Both the position numbers and the translations under genes were made by a program. DNA of 58,557 bases, filler included, from Basidiobolus ranarum (Eukaryota): the NCBI GenBank assembly GCA_040143965.1. It is 8 parts of 8 records of this genome, joined end to end, with 100 filler letters (N's around TTAATTAATTAA, not from the genome) between each part and the next. Parts side by side here need not be neighbours in the genome. Positions count along the whole stretch, not along the records: positions 36,704 to 43,928 come from JASJQH010008036.1; positions 44,029 to 51,252 come from JASJQH010008037.1; 6 more parts are not named here. The stretch is one strand, 5' to 3'. Shown here in pieces: positions 37,831 through 49,930 of the stretch. How positions within the stretch are numbered: the first letter of the stretch is position 1; each line of letters opens with the position of its first letter. The notes under the pieces were generated by a model. It did no database searches. It was not told the DNA's origin and saw nothing but the letters and a program-made list of their open reading frames with translations.

Positions 37831-38662
37831 ATGCCTAAGAGAGTTAAAGCAGCTAAACCGGTAGTGTTGCCCGAGTTATCCGAGGAAGCCAAAGTTATGG
37901 ACTTGAATGATATGGAGGCGGATTCTGACGACTTTGAAGAGATAGCCGAGCAAAAAGACGAATTCAGTGATGATGGAGGCTCAGAAGGTGAAACTGATGA
38001 CGATGACATGGCGGGACTTGAACGTCCCACCAAGAAGCAGAAGAAAACCAGAGCGGACTTCGCTGATGCTATGGCAAAGATTCTTGGTACCAAGTTGAAG
38101 CGCTCTGATAAAGAGGTAGCTACGATTCTTTATAGTTCTCATTTCCAATCATATCTGTAACGAAAGTGATGATTTACCTTAACTTCCCCCACTCTTTTTA
38201 GGCACCTATTTTGGCTAGAAGCAAAGGAATCGAAAAAAAGATCGAAGAAGAGAAGTTGGAATATAAAGCGAGAAAGGCCATTACTGCAGAGAAGAAGAAG
38301 TTGGCTCAGAAAGACCGAATTGTTCCTGACCATAGTACTTTAGAATATGAGAAAAAATTGAAGAAGGTGGCCACCCGTGGTGGTAAGTTAAAGCTATGGT
38401 GTTTATCTGGTCGTGAAGGCAGTTCTAATATTTCCAATTATTCCAGTTGTGAAGCTATTTAACGCTATCAAAGCACAGCAGAGAGAGGTTGATGTAGCCC
38501 CAGTAACAAAATCCAAAGTGGGTAAAGATCAAGGTAAGCTATTTATTCTCAGTTTATTTCTGACTAGACGTTAGCTAACAAGTAACAAATAACCCAATTT
38601 TAGTGTCTAACATGTCGAAGGCCAAGTTTTTGGATGTTTTGAAAGGCGGCAAGGCTGTCTAA
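37831..38662 (+). CDS. RRP15: Ribosomal RNA-processing protein Rrp15 (3 introns)
   Basis: FADAMAKILG, PILARSK, EYEKKLKKVATRGVVKLFNAI, MSKAKFLDVLK. Confidence 0.88.
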
Positions 38663-39229
38663 TTCAATAGCTTCAATGACCCAACAACCTCACTAAGCTA
38701 TTCGAGTTACATTTAGGCCATCTATTCACCTATCCTTTGAATATGTAATCTTAACATTTAGTCCCATTTTTCTGTTCTTTATTTTATTCCATCTATACGA
38801 CCATCGCTTCCGCAAGTCAATGTACGAATATCTTTTCGAATTGTCTACTTTCTTCCCGTTTCGTTTCTTAATATAGAAGTGAGCTCTTCTGCAGTAAGAG
38901 TTTTCCCACCTTTTGCAATGATTAAAATATTAAGTGGTTTTATTTCACTGTAACACTCACTTGGATTCTTTTGTTGTGGTGCTTATCTGAGGGTACAATA
39001 TATATCACTGAAGTTCAGCACAGTCCTTCCATTCACATTGGGCATTTCTATGACTTGATTCAATTAAATTCATCGAGATGTTAACTCTGATTCTTTGGGT
39101 ATGGAAAGCTTAGAGAGGGAAGATGCTCAGTGTACTTCTGGAAAGGAAAGAATGTAATGAGATTCGCTTATTAAAGAAGGGAAAAAGATAAAAGTTTAGC
39201 AGTCAAGTCTATCAAACATAGATATTCTT

Positions 39230-40738
39230 TCACGCTATAGAAGCATCGGTTTCAGAGGTTAGTGTACTGTAGGCGTACGAGTTCAATGGGTAGCTTGAAC
39301 CATCTCCCACACTAGAGTGAATGTTATGTTAGAGTCAAGTTCTCTATGAGTGATCATTGCTTATCTACCTGTTGTATACTGGTATGAACCACAGTTGCCA
39401 TTTCGGTCCTAGTACTTGCATGAAATTACGTCTAAGAAACAGCAAAGTTATTAACTGTTGAGAATCCGAGGAATTGAGAGAGACTTACCTCTTTCCTAGA
39501 TCGAATAGGTTGACGTATTTATGAGAGGAGGGTTCTCCATCAATCTTGTAATTGTGCTTCTGGTAGGTTTCAATGGTGGTCAGGTTGCCTAGTATCATAG
39601 AGGTATGGAAACCAGTAAATCCAATCAAACAAATGGAGAATAAGCCACCCGCCAGAACCAGGAACACCCAGTGAACGTCTAATAACATGAATCCCTAAAC
39701 GCGACGGTTAATGTCTGAATTTGGATGCACATGCATTATAGTGGATTTTACGTTTTCTAGGTAAAGTAAATGAATCAACGGTGGGAGTGTAGTCACGCAA
39801 ATAAAGGTACAGTAGAGAGACCCGTAGAAAATAAATAGATAGAAGAACTTTTGATTTCCAAACCCTACACAGTTGTTCACCCTAAAATAAAGAGTTACTT
39901 GGGTCGTTCTTAGGAATTATGCATAGATCGTTTGCTAACTTACCACGGACAATGACTATTATGAGAGGCCATATAAGCGTAATAATTCAGTGTGTGTTTT
40001 CGATTAGTTATTAAATAATAATTGAAGTTCTTACTGGTCCATCTTTAGAACACATCTATATGTTATATCAATTCGGTCAGTTAATTCTAACTCGTAAGTA
40101 ACGCTTTAGAGTGCATTTGAATTGAACTTACTCTTGACATACGCTACAATGATGTGCACGATCAGGTTTTTCGATTCTGCACTTACGACAAAATCTCTTT
40201 GTACCATCATTCTTGACCGTGATAGTGCCGTTTTCTTTCGTACGCGGCAAAAGCTCAGTCAAATTTGAATCGTTCAAGTTTAAACTTTCACTAGTTTCTA
40301 CTTGAAAGCTACTTCCTTCACCAGTTTCAGTCGGTAAAGGTGCTAAACTTGGTGGACTCTAGAAATTTATGTTGGCATCAATCTTGCTTGAGAAAGTTAG
40401 AACTTTCTTCAAAAGATGAGCTTACCTGAGACGGATACCCGGGCTTGGTAAACACACACTTGAGATAGCTCCAGACGAAAAGTACAAACAATATATGATA
40501 AATGAACAAATAAAATACACCTTAATTTCACAAGATAGTCAATATACAAGAAACAATGATTTTGGAAAGGTTGAAGTATACCTAAGGGTGCATTTTGTTC
40601 GAGAATGTAGCTGCAAACGCTAAATACATATCCGTAATATGACCACGAAATGATACATAAACACAAAATCACTAGGAAATATCCCGTTGTTTTCCAAACT
40701 TTCTTACGACTACAACGTATAGTGAGTAATGGATTCAT
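39230..40738 (-). CDS. DHHC palmitoyltransferase (Pfa3/ZDHHC2-20-like), multi-exon
   Basis: [46 protein letters not shown] assembled across micro-exons; NLTTIE; NLFDLG. Confidence 0.92.
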
Positions 40739-41348
40739 TATCTTGAAGTCGCCTAATTTTCAACAGTAATGATGATAATCAAGTTATTCTAGTAGTATGT
40801 CGAGTATAAAGCACAGAACTCTTGGATAAATAAATAAAAGTCTAAACTTGTAGTTAACGGAATTCGCTACTTTAACTATGTGGGGTAAAAAAAGGAAGGG
40901 TGGATAAAACGATAGAATTCCAAGGATGATATTAATTTACTTTCATCCACTTATCTACTCGTTGATCACATTCTGTTAAAGGGCTTTAGAATTATCATTT
41001 TGGAATGTACATACAATTTGTGCGGTTAGGGTGGCATTATGTGGAGACTTTTTGAATTAACGCATTACTAGATATATACTGATTTCATTACACAATAGCC
41101 GTACAGGCGGTCCTGGTCCCTTATGGTTCATATCATACAATTCGATTTCAATTTGGATTTCATTTTGATTTTCAATAATCAAGTGTAATTTGTTATCAAA
41201 CGCCCATTGATCTGTAACTACGTAGCTAACTGTTTTAGAGGTTTCTTTAAACGCACCTGTTGAAGGTATTTGGCTAAACTCAAGTGTTCTATTTAAACAT
41301 AGTATTATTGTATTTCATTATTCATACCCTATATTTAGGAATCAGCTA

Positions 41349-43645
41349 ATGCCACCCAACACCACTTCTACGTTTGTCTTAATTTACGACTGGCTGATAC
41401 TTTTAGGCTCGCAATTACTATTTTTTGCGTTCGGCTGGGTGTTTTTAGTTAAGAAACTTTTCAAAGATTATGAACTCAACACTGAACGTCATGGTTTACT
41501 TCAAATCGTATTCGCTTCAACCTTTGCTATGAGTTGCACGTTATTTGAGTTGATAATTTTCGAAATAGCTGGAGTTATGGAGAATAGGTAATGGAGGTTT
41601 AACAAGCATTAAATCGGACTCCGTGATTATGAGGATGGTGGTTGCTTTGTTTGGAATTGTGCGTATTTAACTCCTATTTTCTACCTAGCTCTCGCTGGTT
41701 ACATTGGAAACTAAACATCTATGGGCTCTTATTGAATGTTATCGTATTGATCCCATTCTTTCAGTTCTTCTTACTTCTCAGCAACCGACGTGAAGGTAAC
41801 CTCTATAACGTAAACTGGGTGATAGTTGTCTTGGAGAATTAACTATATTTTCTCTTGTAATCGATTTTTAAGGATTCACACGACGTAATTGTTTGGCTCT
41901 AGCAGCTGGTTGTTGGCTAGTATACTTTTATTTTTTCTGGAAAGTTGGCCACAAATTCCCTATTCAAAATGAGGATAAAGGTATTTAGTCACTGGTAGTA
42001 AACATTTGAGTCTTTTTACTTATGGTATGAATGTATATTAAGGATTCTTGGCTATCGAACCTGGACTCAGTCGAGTGGGTGTCATCGGAGTTACCATGAT
42101 GGCTATTCTCTCGGGATTTGGTGCGGTGAACAGTCCTTATACTACGCTGTTTGTATTTATGAGGTGGGTTGTATTCTCAATGGGCTTCATTGTGAATCCG
42201 GATAAATCTCTTGTCAATTGCTAATTTACGTTTCCATTTGGACTTCTCCAATAGGCAGGTGCAAGATACTGATATTTTAGCGGCGGAGCGTAAACTCGCT
42301 CAGACAATTGACATGATAATGACCAAGAAGAAGCGAATCGTATCTGCGCAAATGAAGGTCAAGGGAATACAAGAGGTGGATAGTTCAACAGTTTCCTTTG
42401 ATGAGATGTTTGTCATTAAATATGTACTATTGAACAATAGAAGAATGGAAGTGCAAGTGGATTTATGCGACGTATGTTCAACACTGTAGCGACCAACATT
42501 GGCTTTTCTGGTGAAAGTATCCTTTTATTCATTTTTGACGGCCTTCTGTTACCTATATGCATGCTTTCATTTGCATTCTTAATCCTCGATATTGTTAGAC
42601 GTGAATATGCTAAGGCAGGAAATCGATGCATTAGAGACCTTCAGCAGACAGCTCTTCTTGGATATTGACGATTTGTACCAAGAGAAGGTATTTGGTTTTC
42701 CTTGAGATCTCATAAAATTGATCGCGATTCTCTAACACTATCTTCAGGATCGACTCAAGTACGCAGAGACTTGGCAAGGAAAATATTTCAATCTTCTGGG
42801 CTACTTTTTTAGTGGATACTGCGTGTATAAAGTGTTCATGGTATGTTACTTTCTTTTCTAGTCCTAGCTATTATGAGGGTTAGTCCAATTAACCTACAAT
42901 CGCTTATCCTACAACCAGGCAATCATCAACATCGTTTTTAATCGGATTGGTAAGACTGATCCTATCACATATGCATTAGCATTAATGGGAAATTACGTGA
43001 ATATGGAGGTGGATGTTCAATTCTGGTCGCAACAACTAAGTTTCCTTTTTGTTGGGATCATGATCATGTGCTCTATCCGTGGGATGCTTATTCAATTGAT
43101 GAAAGTATGTGATCTTGATTGCGCTTTCATTGCTCTTCCGCAAAATTGTCCCGTTTTTAACCATTTACCCAGTTCTTTAAAGCCTTTTCCACCAGTGTTT
43201 CACCGGGCAACATTGTACTTTTCTTGGCATATATTATGGGAATGTACTGCCTAAGCACTGTGTTAATGCTCAGAATGAGTTTGCCTTTAGAATACAGGTT
43301 AGTATGCTCGTAATCCTCTTTGCTATACCTCAACTCATTGGATGCATCCCTTCTAGAACTATCATATCAGAAGTTTTAAGTGCCATAGAATTTAATTTCT
43401 ATCAACGCTGGTTCGATGTTATTTTCTTGGTCAGTGCTATCGCCAGTATGGTATTTATCTATTTTGTCCATCAACAAGCCACCAACCCCGCTACGTCTGG
43501 ATCTGTGGATGCCTTCGAGCTGCCAGGGATTGGATCAACGGGTAGAAGCACAAGTTCTTTCGAATTTGATCGCTCTTCACCTTCACCTACCTGGGGGAAA
43601 GGTTCAAGAAGCTTTGATGCCTATCCACATAGCCCTTTTACCTAG
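41349..43645 (+). CDS. Golgi pH regulator GPR89/GTG-family membrane protein, multi-exon
   Basis: KLFKDYE, TFAMSCTLFELIIFEI, SRVGVIGVTMMAILSGFGAVNSPY, TWQGKYFN, KTDPIT, LMLRMSLPLEYR, FNFYQRWFDVIFLVSA. Confidence 0.93.
42517..42598 (+). other. U12-type (minor spliceosome) GT-AG intron within the GPR89 gene
   Basis: 5' site GTATCCTTT; branch-like TTCTTAAT at 42576-42583, about 16 nt from the AG; removal gives in-frame GEN-VNMLRQEIDALE. Confidence 0.8.
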
Positions 43646-44028
43646 ATCATTCATACAATACACCTGTATATGCGCATGTATCCACACACGTAGTAAATGT
43701 TTTATTCTTGGCCTTTTTGGATGTACACTAGAGAACCATATTCTTCACTCTCTTTATAAATTGTCGGCTCTTAGTGAAAGAATCAAAAATCAGTATCTCT
43801 TTCTGATACGTCGTTTCCAACTGGTATCCACACAGTTGATAAATCCAAATATAATACTGGCTTAGCTTGAATTGGAGATATGCTACCTTTTTGTATGACC
43901 CTATTCTCGAAAATGTAACATCAACTAGNNNNNNNNNNNNNNNNNNNNNNNNNNNNNNNNNNNNNNNNNNNNTTAATTAATTAANNNNNNNNNNNNNNNN
44001 NNNNNNNNNNNNNNNNNNNNNNNNNNNN

Positions 44029-44557
44029 CTTATCGCACCCCAATACTGTTTTGTTTGTTTCGCACGGTGGTTTGGATAGTTCGAATGAGGCATTGCTTAC
44101 TGGTACTAAGGTACTAAGTTTACCCGTTTTCGGCGATCATTTTTATAATGCCGCTAATCTCCAGGCTGTCAGTGTTTCCATACCAATGGAATATAAGACC
44201 TTTACATCTGCGGAAACGATTGAGAAAGCAACACTATTAGTTGAAGACAAAGATGGAAAATTCGAGAGGGGTGTACAACACATGCAAATCCTGGCTCATA
44301 TCAACTCCAAACGAATTGAACATGCGGCAGATATTGCTGAGCACTTGATCTACACCAAATCAAAGGATGATCCAACCAAGAGACTACATCAGACTCCTGA
44401 ATCTCGAATGAGTTTTTGGAAGGCGCATAATTATGATTTGTACCTCGTATCGCTTGCCATCCTTGTGGGCTTATCTTGGATATTTGTGAACTCCGCTATA
44501 TGGTTCATTAATGCCTTGAACATAACTACTGAGCCCACTAAAGTAAAGAAACTGTGA
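44029..44557 (+). CDS. UDP-glycosyltransferase (GT1), 3' part, 5'-truncated
   Basis: LSHPNTVLFVSHGGLDSSNEAL...PVFGDH signature, C-terminal TM and KVKKL; close paralog of the next gene. Confidence 0.9.
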
Positions 44558-45766
44558 AGTAGACTTATTCTCCCCTATGCAGTAATGATAATTCGAGTCC
44601 TTTACATATTAATGACAAATCGGATAACCTATTATACTACAAACTCATCAAATTTAACTCTATTTCAATAATAAGTGACTGTGTTAGCCAGCGCTAATAA
44701 AGGGGTATTAAAGATTTTAATATCGTGACAAGTTTAGGTAACATTGACTTCAAATATCATTGGAGAGTAACCTGCACATTTCATCACATGGATACTAAAT
44801 TTGGATAATCATATTGATATTTTCTGTTGTGGTAAAGATTTTGCAGTATCAGAGATGTGATATGATACTTAGGGTGAGCATCTGTCACATCTTTAGCGTA
44901 GGGTAAAATACCTGAGTTAATTCGATGTTTACTTGGCTCAACCATCCATCCATCCGCAATGTTGTCTACTTTGAAATCTGTATGAATATAGTACTCCTTA
45001 TTTTAAATGTGTATATGAATATGCACATTATCAATGCCATTGCGGCTTTGTTAGTGGCTATAAGTTATTGCTGACTGTTTAATCCAACAACTATATATAT
45101 AGTCCCGATGAGCTCATTATTCTAAACATGTTAAATCAGCAAAGGCTAGCAGATAGGAAGAGGTTACAAATGTAAATAATGATCTGGACGTAATGTGTTC
45201 AACAATCATTCCCTAACAATCTCTAATATTTGGCGAGTCATTTGTAGATTAAAATTGGTAACACATTCGTCTTTTCAACAGGTTATGGATGCCGATTAAT
45301 CTCTAAGATAGTGTTCGATTAATCTTTAATCACCAGCGTATAGGACAATGGGGTAGGGAGTATTCGTATGGATGTCGTGCTTTTCAATCCGACTACTGGT
45401 CATCAGCGTTTGACCATCCAGCTTCATATTCGTGCGATCGGCAGGAACATTACCATCTTCATAGGCCACCCCACCTTGAATTGCGGATTCTGGGAGGTGA
45501 TGCAACTCGGCGTTTGTACGGCTTCGAATAATCCGTTCTAGCGGAGGAGTAAATTTTTGCTTTTTATATCACACCGAGCCAATGATATGACAAAGTTTAG
45601 TTGTATACACTTTTATCTGATTTTAGAGTAATGATGTTGGATCTTATCTGTACTATTACACATGAACCACGAATACGGAGTACGATAGATGCATGTAATA
45701 ATAGTTAAACAGGGAAACCCTACTATATAAAGGCACTCTGATGGTGAAGGTCAACCTCAATTCAAC

Positions 45767-47529
45767 ATGAAAGCAACCGAACTACTCATCCTATCCACAC
45801 TCATCACTCTGGTTACAGCAAGCCAAACGGCAAGCCAGAGCCTATTGAACCAAACCTGGCATCAATCGAAAAAAGTCTTTATCTCATCTCATTATGGTGG
45901 ATACTCCCATGCGAAGCCGATATTTCAAATTGGTACAGCTCTGAAGGAGCGTGGCCATGAAGTAGCCTTTGTAAGTTATGACTTGTTTACAGATCTAGCA
46001 AAGCCTTGGGGGTTCGAGAGAATATCAATAGGCCAAGAACCAGTGCCATTAGCAGAACTCAAGGTATTGATGAAGGAAGTCACATTGAAGGCCGAAGTTG
46101 AAATACATACCGTTGTTGATACAATGTGGTCAATGTCATATAAGTCATCCTATCTACAGTTGCGGAAAGTGTTCGCCAAAGAAAAACCAGATTTGGTAAT
46201 GTGTGATGTCTTCAATTTCGGTTGTGTAGATGCCGCTTACCATTTGAACATTCCGTTCACTGTGCAGATTCCTTCGCTAGGAATATGTAAGTTATTCATT
46301 ATATTAACGTTGTGTGGTTGAAATACTTATATTCTTTTAGTGCATTCAACATCTGGATATGTCTCTAGCTCTCTATATATTTCACCTGTCTCAACAGAAG
46401 ATGCAGGAATATTAGATCGGTTTCAATCCAACATTATCAATCAAGTAAGACATCTCTGGAAGGAATGGAAATTTGCTCAGAAAGCGAATGAAGATCGAAT
46501 TAGTGTTGGCGGAGTAGCTCGTAAAGAATTTGGCTTCAACAATATAGACAAAGGTATTATCTTCGCCAATAGCTTTTTCGGAGTCGAGGTAGGTATCCAC
46601 TATGATTGGCCAAGACTCAACCAGATGTTAACCCTGTTCTCTAGAGTCCAAAACACTTGCCACCCAATGTACACCTCGTTGGCCCCTTGATGTCTCGTGA
46701 GTATCCACCATTGACACCAGAACTGTCGTCATTCCTTGGTGAGAGACAGAAGGTCGTTTACATAGCATTTGGTACAGTTGCAAATCTTGACACCGCCTCT
46801 GTGGAGAAGATATTGAGAAGCGTTTTGCATTTACTTGATGACGGAGTAATTGATGGGGTTATATGGCCACTTACACAAACATCCGAGGATGATTTCCCAT
46901 CAGAGATGCAAATTAACAAATCGACTATCTCTATACGAAAGGTTCTGAATAATGAACATCGCGACATTAGAATCCTCAAATTCGCACCTCAATTCTCCAT
47001 CTTATCACACCCCAATACTGTTTTGTTTGTTTCGCACGGTGGTTTGGATAGTTCGAATGAGGCATTGCTTACTGGTACTAAGGTACTAAGTTTACCGGTT
47101 TTCGGCGATCATTTTTATAATGCTGGAAATCTTGAAGCTTCTGGTGTCTCTATACTGATGAATTTAAGAACCTTCACATCAGCGGAAATGATTGAAAAAA
47201 CAACACAACTAGTTGAGGACAAAGATGGAAAATTCGAGAAGGGTGTACAACACATGCAAATCCTGGCTCATATCAATTCCAAACGAATTAACCATGCGGC
47301 AGATGTAGCTGAACACTTGATCTACACCAAATCAAAGGATGATCCAACCAAGAGGCTATATCAGACTCCCGAATCTCGAATGAGTTTTTGGAAGGCACAT
47401 AATTATGATTTGTACCTCATATCACTTGCCATCCTTGTGGGCTTATCCTGGATGGTTATCAGCTTCGTTATATGGTTCATTAATGTCTTGAACATAACCA
47501 CTCAACCCGCTAAGGTAAAGAAACTGTGA
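45767..47529 (+). CDS. UDP-glycosyltransferase (GT1) with signal peptide and C-terminal TM; introns 46287-46340 and 46589-46644
   Basis: GGYSHAKP, LKERGHEV, YIAFGT, FAPQFSILSHPNTVLFVSHGGLDSSNEAL; TATA-like tatataaa near 45724. Confidence 0.93.
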
Positions 47530-48395
47530 AGTAGACTTATTCTTATAACCCTCCTACATATCTTCCAATATCAATAGCAAACTATACACACATGAAACTT
47601 TTTTCCATGACCAACGGATAGCTACCAGACTCACCCACATATTTTCCAATATTAATGACCAGTTAGTCAACTGATTACTGAATAAGCAGACGAAACTTTA
47701 TTTTTATGTCCAACGGATAGCTACCAGATATGCATTACCCATGACATTCAGTATGGGATTTGCATCAGAATTTGCGTTAATGTGATCAATTTCAAGCTGA
47801 ATGTTAGTTTATTTATGAAGAGAATTGATTATATTTAGTATACAAATCAATCTCTCTAGAACTTCCTCAAATACCTTAGGCAATGTACAATAAGCCACTA
47901 AAAGTAAATCGCATCTGGATAAAAGAACTCCAGTAAGGAAGAAAAATCAGATGGATGTAAACTGGAAACTCGATTAGCCACATGTAGGTCGGAATCACAC
48001 CTAAATGTACCTACCATATTTAGCATAGATTGCCTGGAATGGGATTTGTTTGTGGTTGGATGATATCATCGTAGAAGGCAAAAAAAGGCACAGACCAACA
48101 TTTATATAGAGAATATATAGATGTGGATATTGTATATATTTACTAAATCTAAAAAAGAAAGTTGAACTCCACCCATGCTAGCAGAAAAATCCTTAATAAA
48201 TTCGATCTTCTCGACCGATCGAATTCTTTTGAGCCACAATAGTAATCAATATTCCACAAGGTGTAATTACAATTGGGTAGTAATTAGGGTAAATACTTAC
48301 AATGCCAGAAAAACTTCTCTTCAAGGCTCATATTTAAAGGCATAAGTTAGCTGTGATCTAATCTCATACCTGTCAGTTTAGCATTCTTGTTAACG

Positions 48396-49930
48396 ATGGT
48401 GAGAATTTCCATTGCTGCTCTGGTTATCGCCTCTTCGGCTCTTGTCTCCTGCACAAACCCTACCAACAATATTATTGATCCCAATGGGAAAGTTGATCAT
48501 TTCAGTGACACAACCGACTATTTCCCTAGCAAAGTTGCCCGTAAGGATATTCATTAGAATCTCTGTTATTGTTTTCTATATTGACACTGTTTAATTGTAG
48601 CTGAATCTGGATCTCACTTCTCGGTAGAGTATCACAAGCACTGGAAGTATGCTACCAACAAATTCTCCAACCAAACCTTTGTACTTTATCAACGTGGTAC
48701 TCCTAAACCCAAGGCAGTAACTGATAAGGATATCTTCTTTGAAGTTCCTGTTAATAAAATCGCCACTGTGACAACCACTACCGTTTCTTACCTTGAGGTA
48801 TTCATTTTTATTTGAACTGGTTAAACTCTAGTAGATGTATTTACTGATGGAGGAAACCTCTTGATCAATAGATGCTCGGTCTTCGTGAACGCATCAAGTA
48901 TGTCGAGTCGGAAGATCTTATCACTTCATCCTGTGTTTTGGACCTTGTTCATGAAAAAAAGATCACTCCTCTTCCCAATTATTCAAAGGGTGAGGCCGCC
49001 AAGATAGACGATAAAGCATGGGAGAATGTGGACATTATCTTTGATGATGAGCCGTTTAATAACAAGACTGTCGCTGTTGAGGATTACGAAGCTCCTGGTG
49101 TTTTAAGAAGAACTGAATGGTTAGATTTCTTCTCTATCTTCTTTAACTTGGAGAAGACTGCCAACCAGGTCACTGGAGATATTTTTAACAACTACAATTG
49201 TATCAAAAAGCAAGCAACAGCTAAGACTAAGGACCCCAAACCGGTAGTTGCTTGGGCTTCTTATGTTGCCCCTTACCCTGGATATAATTCCCAGCCATAT
49301 TACCAAATTTCCACTGCCATCTATAAAGCCAATTTGACCCAAGATGCTGGTGCCGCTATGGTTGCTTTCAATGAATCCCAAACATGGAAGAAATACAGCG
49401 GCGAACATGCTTTTGCTTTTGAAACTGCCGACAAATTCCATGCCGCTCTCAAAACTGTGGACTTTTTAATCGATGAATCTGACGTGACAAACAACACGTT
49501 CCCCAACTTTGAAGATATTTTGAAGCTCTACAAGTTATCATCCAAAGATACTGACTACAAGTTTATTAAAAACAAAGCCATTTACCGTGAAGACTTAGTT
49601 CAGTCCAAGGCTGGTGGTTTAGATTGGCTTTCCAATGGTATCGTTATGGCCGATGCGGCATTGGAAGATGTTGTCAACATGATCGACCCCAATTTCCATA
49701 AGGATTATGATTTCCATTGGTTCCGTAATATTACTGGTGATGAGGAAGTGGAAATTGTAACTGATGATGAGTGCAAAGATCCCAAAGCAACTCTTAAAAG
49801 TGTTGCCTACCAGTGTGCTAAGGCTGGGGATAGTAAGAGCGGTGACCATACCAGCAACGGTATGTTTAAGCCTGTCCTCTCAGCAACTTCTATCATCATG
49901 ACCTTGGTTGCTATCACCCTTGCTTTATAG
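48396..49930 (+). CDS. Secreted/GPI-type periplasmic-binding-protein-like (CBA1-like, Fe/B12 helical-backbone) protein, 466 aa; introns 48541-48600 and 48798-48871
   Basis: Signal peptide, DYFPSKV, FSVEYHKHWK, FVLYQRGTPKP, FEVPVNKIA, YLEMLG, ITSSC, EDYE...RRTEWLDFFSIFFNLE, hydrophobic C-terminus. Confidence 0.75.

Noticed and set aside
40522-40581. DHHC intron with donor GTATACTT as a second U12 intron
   Set aside because: Mismatch at the critical +5 C and no U12 branch motif near the acceptor.
47530-48395. Cobalamin riboswitch upstream of the CBA1-like gene
   Set aside because: No B12-box or recognisable aptamer motifs seen; an Rfam scan would be needed to exclude it fully.
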